A stretch of 63,729 nucleotides of DNA, filler included, from Octopus bimaculoides (Eukaryota), in assembly GCF_001194135.2 (NCBI RefSeq). It is 9 parts of 8 records of this genome, joined end to end, with 100 filler letters (N's around TTAATTAATTAA, not from the genome) between each part and the next. Parts side by side here need not be neighbours in the genome. Positions count along the whole stretch, not along the records: positions 53,249 to 57,413 come from NW_026408600.1; positions 57,514 to 61,031 come from NC_068994.1; positions 61,132 to 62,320 come from NC_068995.1; positions 62,421 to 63,729 come from NW_026360220.1; 5 more parts are not named here. The stretch is one strand, 5' to 3'. Below, piece by piece: positions 55,621-63,729 of the stretch (position 1 is the stretch's first letter; every line of letters begins with the position of its first letter). The position numbers and the translations under genes are program-made. The notes beneath the pieces are model-generated. The model saw only the letters and a list, made by a program, of their open reading frames with translations. It made no database searches and was not told the origin of the DNA.

Positions 55621-55800
55621 ATCTTTCAATTTAAATTTACAAAGACATATTTTTGTGAATGTGGATTCAGTTCTTTTTTGTCAATCATGACAAAATCTAG
55701 AAATTTTAAATCCACTGAGAAACCTTTAGAAAGTATTCGAAAATAAATAAATGAATAAGATCCAAGTTTTGATAAAGGCAGAAATAAAGAAGTCATTCAA
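55621..55800 (+). pseudogene. Relic of a hAT transposase C-terminal dimerisation domain
   Basis: FTKTYFCECGFSSFLSIMTKSRN...DPSFDK resembles FPTTYLCESGFS.L..IKTK.RNRL...EPRFDK. Confidence 0.65.
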
Positions 55801-55990
55801 TTTTCTAATGAATTTTGGCGAGTGAAAATGTTAAATGAAACTTTAGTTGAAAAATATCAAATAGTTTACTAGAAAAAAGAGCTCGGTTACAAACAAACTA
55901 ACGTTTCTCGGATATAAAATAAAGAAGACAAAAATATAAAAAGAAACTAAAAATATTGAAGTCGTTGTCTGGGCCAGGTATTCAAATGTC

Positions 55991-56177
55991 AGGAGACAAA
56001 CTGGCAGAATCATTTATAACACACATTTACAACGCGGCATTTCGTCAGTCTGAGTTCGGGTCGACTTTGCCTTTCATCCTTTCAGGGGCGACAAAATAAG
56101 TACCAGTTGAGTACTGGAGTCAACGCAATCGACTTACCTCCTCTCTCAAATTTGCTGGCCTTGTGCCAAAATTGAAG
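55991..56177 (+). mobile_element. SINE family A copy, internally deleted
   Basis: ctggcagaatc...gtcgactttgcctttcatcctttcagggg...aagtaccagttgagtactgg. Confidence 0.82.
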
Positions 56178-56203
56178 ATCAATGTTAGAGCTAGTGATAT
56201 AAG

Positions 56204-56292
56204 TTGGCGGAGGTAAAGAATACGTACACCATAGGTTTTCGGCATAACAAAAACCCTAACTATCGTGTGTACGTATTCTTTACCTTCGCCAA
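56204..56292. mobile_element. About 89-bp mini-hairpin element with 24-26 bp TIRs and an internal aaccctaac
   Basis: ttggcggaggtaaagaatacgtacac ... gtgtacgtattctttaccttcgccaa (one mismatch), flanked by taag/taag (or tataagtt/aataagtt if the termini are GGC..GCC). Confidence 0.72.
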
Positions 56293-56453
56293 TAAGTTTA
56301 CATTTGTGACTGATTTCATCATTTACTGTTTTTTCTTTCTATTTGCACAATTTTACACTTTCATTTTATGTAACAAATTGGAAGCGTAGTTTCTTTCTTT
56401 TTCTATTTTTTAAAACTTATTTATAGAAGAATCGCTAGCGCATCGGACAAAAA

Positions 56454-56616
56454 GGGGTAAATTTTCAGATTAACACCTGCACGATTTTCACTAGGGTGTT
56501 AGGGTCAGGGTTACAGTTTTAGGGTTAGGGTTTAGGGACAGAATTCCCTAACCCTAAAACCCTAACCGTAACACCATAGTGAAAATCGTGCGGGTGTTAA
56601 TCTGAAAATTTACCCC
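56454..56616. mobile_element. 163-bp near-perfect palindromic element (about 60-bp arms) with TTAGGG-type repeats
   Basis: GGGGTAAATTTTCAGATTAACACC[t/c]GCACGATTTTCACTA... is mirrored at the right end, with gaattc near the centre. The TSD is imperfect (caaaaagg/ccaaaagg if the termini are GGTA...TACC). Confidence 0.82.
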
Positions 56617-56619
56617 AAA

Positions 56620-57200
56620 AGGCTTAGAATGACTAAAAGTTTATCTTAGTCAATTTCAGCCTACGTCTAGACCGCTCAGTGAAGAGTTTGTTGATATTCA
56701 AAAGGCTTTTCCAATAGACTATTTGAACCAGCCATATTGTTTCAAACTGCAGCAATCCTTACATTCACCAAATTCAGCCTACAGTTGCAACGAAATGAAT
56801 CATGTATACATCTAATGTCATCCATGGAAGCCCTTGGCAGATGTATTACTAATATAATTGTGTTACCTGGTGTGCAAGATCGCCTCAGGGACAGAAACAA
56901 ATCTGTATGATAATTTTATATTCAAAGGAAAAAAGAATTATTTCTTGGTGAAACAACAAAAGCAACATTAAACCAAGAATTAAACAATGGAGACATTTCT
57001 GATGTTCAGTATGTTGTGGGCGGAGCAGATTCGCATCAAAAAGTAAGGATCCACTAGACTGCTATCCAGGTAATATCGTCCATAGATGAAGGGCTACCAC
57101 AATGAACATTGCATATCAGTGTTGTAGCTTACTTGTGATCGTGAACTGATAATTTTGAAGTTGGGGTTCAAATTCCTAAAAGTGCAATACATTTTATGCT
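56620..57200 (+). pseudogene. Decayed hAT-like transposase relic (a second, different family); partial second copy at 54311-54480
   Basis: GFSNRLFEPAILFQTAAILTFTKFSLQLQRNESCIHLMSSMEALGRCI and KELFLGETTKATLNQELNNGDISDVQY resemble conserved blocks of hAT/ZNF862-like proteins (recognised from memory, not searched). About 160 bp of it is repeated, diverged, at 54311-54480. Confidence 0.55.
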
Positions 57201-57513
57201 GCAACATGGGGAAATATTGAATATTTCTTAGACATGTTTTCATCAATAAAATCCTTAGAAAGCATTGATTTTGATTCCGTTCATGAGGAAATCGTTGATT
57301 ACTGTTTTTTTCTTCTCTATTTGCGCCATGCACATTTGCATTTTAGGTAACAAGTTGGAAGCTTAGTTTCTTTCATTTTGTATTTGTTTTTTAAAGTTCA
57401 ATTTGCTTATCTGNNNNNNNNNNNNNNNNNNNNNNNNNNNNNNNNNNNNNNNNNNNNTTAATTAATTAANNNNNNNNNNNNNNNNNNNNNNNNNNNNNNN
57501 NNNNNNNNNNNNN

Positions 57514-57566
<53 letters not shown>

Positions 57567-58339
57567 CAGAAATAAAGAGAGGCAGAAATGCGAAAAGGTT
57601 TGTGATTTCCACTCCAAGATTTGTCTTTGAACGAAGACTGAAAATGTCAACCAAAACTAGAAACCCCACTAAAAAAAGAGAGATAATAAAAATAAAACAA
57701 ATATAAATAAATAACAGTAATGATAATATTAAAAACAATAATTAAAACAACAATAACAATAATGATAATAACAAGGAGGAGGAGGAGGAGAGTACTGGTG
57801 GTGGTGGTGGTGGTGGTGGTGATCTTTCCTCATCGTCGTGATGATGATGAGAAGGAGACGAAGAGGAGGTATTGGTGGTGGTGGTAGTGTTGCTGCTGCT
57901 GCTGCTGATGATGGTGGTGATGGTAGTTGTTTTAGTGGTGGTGGTGGCGGTCATGATGATGATGATAATGAAGACGATGACGATGATTGTGATAGTAGTG
58001 GTGGTGGTGGTGGTGGTGGTGTATGGTGATGATGATGATAATGACATTGATGATGATGATGATTATGATGATGATTATGATGATGATGGTGGTGGTGATG
58101 TATGGTGATGAGGAGGAGGAGTAGGAGGGAGATTTTTGTTTACCCGCACCCGCCGCCCCGCCGCCGCCGCCGCCCCACCTCGCATCCGCATCCCAGTCTC
58201 CCCAATTGTTTTGCGTGTATATCTTAATGGCTGTAGTACTACATACGAAATATAGGGGTCGTTGTTGGCATTTGATTTGTTGCTGATTTCAAGTTGAGCC
58301 TAAATTTAATTTCATTTATATTTACGATATACATGCATG

Positions 58340-58376
<37 letters not shown>

Positions 58377-58656
58377 NNNNNNNNNNNNNNNNNNNNNNNN
58401 NNNNNNNNNNNNNNNNNNNNNNNNNNNNNNNNNNNNNNNNNNNNNNNNNNNNNNNNNNNNNNNNNNNNNNNNNNNNNNNNNNNNNNNNNNNNNNNNNNNN
58501 NNNNNNNNNNNNNNNTCCCCAATTGTTTTGCGTGTATATCTTAATGGCTGTAGTACTACATACGAAATATAGGGGTCGTTGTTGGCATTTGATTTGTTGC
58601 TGATTTCAAGTTGAGCCTAAATTTAATTTCATTTATATTTACGATATACATGCATG

Positions 58657-58717
<61 letters not shown>

Positions 58718-58848
58718 ACAGACACTCAAAAACACTAACAAACACACACACACACACACATACATATACACACGGTCATACATACATATGCGTTGTATGC
58801 ATTTATATAGCCTATATACATAGATACATATGCGCCAGTATGTATGCA

Positions 58849-58894
<46 letters not shown>

Positions 58895-59040
58895 TTGCTC
58901 TGTGTATCTTCGCACCCCACCCCCATCCCTTTTTTTTTTCCTTTTACTTTCTACTAGCCATTTATCTAAAAATGCGATTCCACCTTTGGACTAAATGGTT
59001 AAATAATACATGTCTCAGACATGCTGGAGCCCAGTTATCA

Positions 59041-59082
59041 ACACAAACGCGTAACTATATTCCCTATAGTCAAGGCATCAGG
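59041..59082 (+). mobile_element. Possible tiny Penelope relic (post-RT motif)
   Basis: TQTRNYIPYSQGIR resembles the PLE motif H.P..K.SIPYSQALR; very short. Confidence 0.35.
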
Positions 59083-59277
59083 CGAGATACGATCAGACGA
59101 CACGACTGCAGAGAGAGAGAGAGAGAAAGACAGACGGACAGACAGACAAAGACATAGAGAAAGAGTGGAGAGGGAGAGAGACAGACAGGTACAGAGAGAA
59201 GGAGGCGAGGGGTGATAGACAGAGACAGAGACAGACAGAGACAGGGAGATAGAGAGATAGAGAGAAAGACAAACAAA

Positions 59278-59315
<38 letters not shown>

Positions 59316-59635
59316 TTCACTGGGAGAGGAAGTAAGAGAGGAAGATAACGAGAGACAGAGGAAGACATGTATGTATGTATGTATGTATGTGTGCGTGTAT
59401 GTATGTATGTGTGTATGTATGTATGTGTGTATACATACATACATACATACATACATACATGATCCTTGGTACAGAGGGAGACAGAGAGAAAGAAGTGGGG
59501 TGAGACGAAAGAAAAAAGAGAGAGAAGAAAGAGAAGGATAGAAAAAAAAACGAAGAAAAAGACTAAGATATCTATCTATCTATCTATAAAAGCATGTGTA
59601 CGTGTGCATGCGTGTGAGTGTACGTGTATATGTAA

Positions 59636-59672
<37 letters not shown>

Positions 59673-60685
59673 TGTATACGTGTGTATATGTGTATGAGTG
59701 TATGTGTACGCGTAGGAAGTAAGGTATGTGTGGGTGCGTACGTGTACGTGTGTGTGTCTGCATGAGCGTTTTGACTCCCATGACTTCGATAAAATTTGGC
59801 AACAAAAAGCTATCAACTGAATCTTCTTGACTTCTATGTATCAACTTACGTTATTAACTGATACTTTTCCATTTTGTTACATTTTTCTTTGGTTTTACTT
59901 TTACTGTAACTCCATATCAAATGGATTGGACAAATTATTGCATGTTATTGCTATTTTGGTTCAGTTCTGGTCTACGTGAGGCGTTGTATCTTTTTTTTTT
60001 TTTCGTGTTTTTGTTAGTTTGTTATATGTTTATATTATTTTTTGGGGTGAGGGCCGGAATTTTTTTTTTTTAATTGTTTTTAAGTAGCGTTTTATCGTTG
60101 TTTTCCGTTTTGTTTTGTTTTTCAAAACTGTTAACTTCCGGTTTCCATTTTGTTTTAATGAAATATAAAATGGCAAACAAAGAACTGATTTCTGAATATT
60201 TATTTTCTTCGACAACAAAAGAACTACAGAAATGGCTGGGTAGAGACGAAGAGACGGGGATAGGGAGACGTGGGGGAAAAGNNNNNNNNNNNNNNNNNNN
60301 NNNNNNNNNNNNNNNNNNNNNNNNNNNNNNNNNNNNNNNNNNNNNNNNNNNNNNNNNNNNNNNNNNNNNNNNNNNNNNNNNNNNNNNNNNNNNNNNNNNN
60401 NNNNNNNNNNNNNNNNNNNNNNNNNNNNNNNNNNNNNNNNNNNNNNNNNNNNNNNNNNNNNNNNNNNNNNNNNNNNNNNNNNNNNNNNNNNNNNNNNNNN
60501 NNNNNNNNNNNNNNNNNNNNNNNNNNNNNNNNNNNNNNNNNNNNNNNNNNNNNNNNNNNNNNNNNNNNNNNNNNNNNAATCGGAAGCATATTTCACTCAC
60601 GACGACAGCAACAACAACAACAGGCATAAACAACTACGTACGTACATATGTATGTGTTGTTATGTGTGTGTGTGTGTTTGTGTGC

Positions 60686-60716
<31 letters not shown>

Positions 60717-60799
60717 AACACCAATGTTTTAAAATATATATATATATATATAAACACATATATACAAACGTACACACATATACATGTAATATGTAAACG

Positions 60800-61031
60800 T
60801 GTTGCTCCCGCCCACGCTGCCGCACTTGCCCTTACCTCTCCAACACCACCCTCCTCACCAGCACCCATCACCGACCCTTTCGCATCACCGACTCCTTCAC
60901 CTGCACTTCTACCAACATCATCTATTGCATCTCCGGGGCCGACCGATTCGCGGAACACCTCCGAGACATCAACGTTGGCAATGACACCCCGGTGTCACGC
61001 CACTTCCGTTCTGCCGGCCACTCCTTGCAGC
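60800..61031 (+). mobile_element. Penelope-like element fragment (Zn-binding linker plus GIY-YIG endonuclease with an internal in-frame deletion)
   Basis: The frame from 60800 reads CCSRPRCRTCPYLSNTT...FRITDSFTCTSTNIIYCIS|GADRFAEHLRDINVGNDTPVSRHFRSAGHSLQ, matching the PLE pattern C..PRC.TC...FTC.S.N.IYCI....RF.EH.......PV.RHF...H. Confidence 0.82.
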
Positions 61032-61131
61032 NNNNNNNNNNNNNNNNNNNNNNNNNNNNNNNNNNNNNNNNNNNNTTAATTAATTAANNNNNNNNNNNNN
61101 NNNNNNNNNNNNNNNNNNNNNNNNNNNNNNN

Positions 61132-61948
61132 TCTGCCGTTACGTTCTAAGTTCAAATTCCGCCGAGATAGACTTTGCCTTTCACCCTTTCGGGGTCGATA
61201 AATTAAGTACCAGTTGCGCACTGGGGTCGATATAATCGACTCAATCCCTTTGTCTATCTTTGTTTGTCCCCTCTATGTTTAGCCCCTTGTGGGCAGTAAA
61301 GAAATAAGAATTTGAACTCAGAACCTAAGGACGGACGAAAGGTCGCTAAGCATGCTCATGAAATTAGCGTGTGAGTGAGTGAGCATTCCATAGACATGCA
61401 TAACCTTAATGGAGTTTTCAGGGAGATCCACTGTGATACAGAATCTGATAAGATTGACCCTTTGAAATAAAAGTACTTCTCATTTTTGCCAGTAGAGTGG
61501 CCTTGGGCAACGTGAAATAAAGTGTCATACAGGGAATCGAACTCAAGACGAATACCCTAAAAGCTAAGCCACGCGCCTTCACATGTATAAGATTAGAAAT
61601 CTGATAGAAGGAGACGATCGATCTAATATCGATTCAAGCAATTAGGGATATGGTTAAATTAGAATTAGTTAGGTAATTGATAAATGTTATATTTATCAAC
61701 CATGGTGTTTTACTGGTAGTTTATTTTGTCAGCAAAGTTAACCTCGGCGTGATTTGAGATTACGAATGATAATAATAATTTATTTCTTTATTGCCCACAG
61801 GGAGGTAAACACAGAGGGGACAGACAAGGGGATAAAGTTGATTACATCGACCCCAGTGATTGACTGGTACTTATTTAATCGACCCGAAAGGATGAAAGGC
61901 AAAGTCGACCTCGGCGGAATTTGAACTCAGAACGTAACGGCAAACGAA
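61132..61948. mobile_element. SINE family A copies: + 61132-61308 (cut by join), short - fragment near 61310-61352, - 61766-61948; plus a family F fragment at 61505-61582
   Basis: Family core and tail (gtttagcccc...gtgggcagtaaagaaataa) present in both orientations. Confidence 0.85.
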
Positions 61949-62100
61949 AAATTGCGAACAGGGGAGAATGTAGCAGTGCATCGTTAACCAGCTAGAGGAG
62001 ATATCCTCTTGAGGTTAAAAAATCGCGGTAGAGTCCGTTGGAATGGACAACCACGTTGAAGTTAGAGAGATTTTAGAAATAACATTTTTGCTTATATATA

Positions 62101-62310
62101 AGTCCGGCATTCGCCATGATAGATCACTGACCTTTACACACATTTTTTTCTCTCCCTGTTTCTCTCCTTGTTTCTTTCCGTGTTCCGTTCTGTAGAAGAG
62201 CGTAGGCTCGAAACATTAACGACTTTCTCAATTCCCGAGCGTTATACTAATACATCTATTTGTTTTCAACACCACCTGTCTTCGTTTGTTGTTTTTTGTA
62301 AATTCTCCCT
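62101..62310 (+). mobile_element. (TA)n-anchored about 200-bp repeat (Penelope pseudo-LTR-like) with a hammerhead-like motif; other copies at 34424-34604 (+) and 38738-38932 (-)
   Basis: Three copies share ccatgatagatc.ctgacc...ctgtNgaagagcgtaggctcgaaac...cccgagcgtta.actaatacatc...gtaaattctc; each is flanked by (TA)n or a gap. Confidence 0.8.
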
Positions 62311-63204
62311 ATATATATATNNNNNNNNNNNNNNNNNNNNNNNNNNNNNNNNNNNNNNNNNNNNTTAATTAATTAANNNNNNNNNNNNNNNNNNNNNNNN
62401 NNNNNNNNNNNNNNNNNNNNATATATATACACATATGTGTGTATGGTATATGTGTATGTATGTATATATACATGTGAGTATGATGTATGTATGTATGTGT
62501 GTGTACATATGTTCGAGTATGTAGATCTATCCTAAGGCGTATTTACCAAAAGCCGTATCGACGTGTGTGTACACATGTACACACTTGCGTAAGCATGTGT
62601 ACGTACATATGTATATACATGTGTGTGTGTGTGTATGTGCGCGTGCTTTTGTTGGGTACTTTTGTGTATAGAACGAGAGGAAGCCGAAACGAGTGTGTGT
62701 GGGTAGAGGGGGTTAGTATTTAGGTTAGTAGGTATGTGGGTAGTTATGCAGGTGTATGTGTTGGTAGGTGTACAGGTAGGTATGTGGGTAAGTAGTTGAA
62801 AGAAGCTGGATGGCAGAGAGAAAGCATGTAGATTGCAGGGGGAAAAATAGAAAGACAGGTAGGCAGGAAAGAGACAGGTAGGTGGGTAGAGCAGTAGGTA
62901 GTGGGTAATGATTGTGACAACAAAGATGACGCTTGTGGACAACTGTGTCAGCAATTCTGTCGATGACTGTGTCTCACAGTTGTGAGATTTTAAGGTAAGA
63001 ATTTTGACGACAGACGTGGCTATTGTGATTGCATCGGCAGCAGCAGCAGCAGAAGAAGAAGAAGAAGAAGAAGAAGAAGAAGAAGAAGAAGAAGAAGAAG
63101 AAGAAGAAGAAGAAGAAGAAGAAGAAGAAAAAGAAAAAGAAAAAGAAAAAGAAAAAGAAAAAGAAAAATAAGAAGAAGAAGAAGAAGAAGAAGAAGAAAA
63201 AGAA

Positions 63205-63530
63205 GAATTGTGACAAATGACAAATGAGATAATAATTGACAATTGTGTGAGTAATTGTGACAGCTGAGGGGACAATTGTGAGAACTGAGATGGCTATTGG
63301 ACAACAGAAGTGACAATTGAAGCAATTGTGGGAAAAATCGAGGCGTCTGATGAGACCATTTGACAATTGAAGTGACAATTATAACAATTGAGGTGACAAT
63401 TCGACAACTGAGGTAATCATTATGCTATTTGAGGTGACAATTATGACAAGCGACATATTATGGCAACTGAATTAACAATTGTGACAACTGAGGCAATTGT
63501 GACAGCTTGGGCAACAACTGTGGCAAGTAA
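63205..63530. repeat. Degenerate minisatellite built on gtgacaattg/gacaactgag
   Basis: More than ten recurrences of (g)tgacaa(t/c)tg variants. Confidence 0.7.
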
Positions 63531-63552
63531 AGGCAGGTATTGAGGAGCAGAC

Positions 63553-63592
<40 letters not shown>

Positions 63593-63630
63593 ACAGGCAG
63601 ACAGGCAGACAGGCAGACATACCGAGGCAG

Positions 63631-63666
<36 letters not shown>

Positions 63667-63729
63667 CGAGAGGTTGACAGAGAAACAGACTGCGAGACAG
63701 ATAGACAGACGGAGAGACAGAGAGACAGA

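Noticed and set aside
58196-58700. About 180-bp exact direct repeat on both sides of an N gap (58196-58376 and 58516-about 58696)
   Set aside because: Identical sequence flanking a gap and ending in (CA)n is the signature of an unmerged contig overlap.

Overview
AT-rich eukaryotic (metazoan) genomic DNA from a gapped draft assembly, saturated with di-, tri- and tetranucleotide microsatellites. The repeat landscape (abundant tRNA-derived SINEs, microsatellite load) suggests a cephalopod such as Octopus; this is an inference, not verified. Eight identical 100-bp spacers (N44-TTAATTAATTAA-N44) show that the window is nine separately assembled pieces, so long-range synteny is not guaranteed. Nearly all ORFs in the supplied track are microsatellite or N-gap artefacts. 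The only clear host gene is a minus-strand von Willebrand factor A (VWA) domain exon (48052-48250, cut by gaps on both sides). It is followed by a set of predicted 30-39 nt symmetric phase-1 micro-exons and an alternative stop-containing exon with an in-frame 63-nt intron that would add a hydrophobic tail if retained. The rest is a transposon graveyard: several SINE families, R4/Dong-type RLE retrotransposon 3' ends in (TAA)n, CR1-like RT fragments, Penelope fragments, hAT relics, Tc1/mariner MITEs and a 1.2-kb fold-back element. The most unusual items are (i) minimal hammerhead-ribozyme-like motifs with palindromic helix III and covarying helix I in (TA)n-anchored repeats, (ii) three unrelated palindromic TIR elements within 1.7 kb that carry telomere-type TTAGGG/CCCTAA repeats in their arms or interior, and (iii) the micro-exon array of the VWA gene. 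No CRISPR, rRNA or intact tRNA was found.
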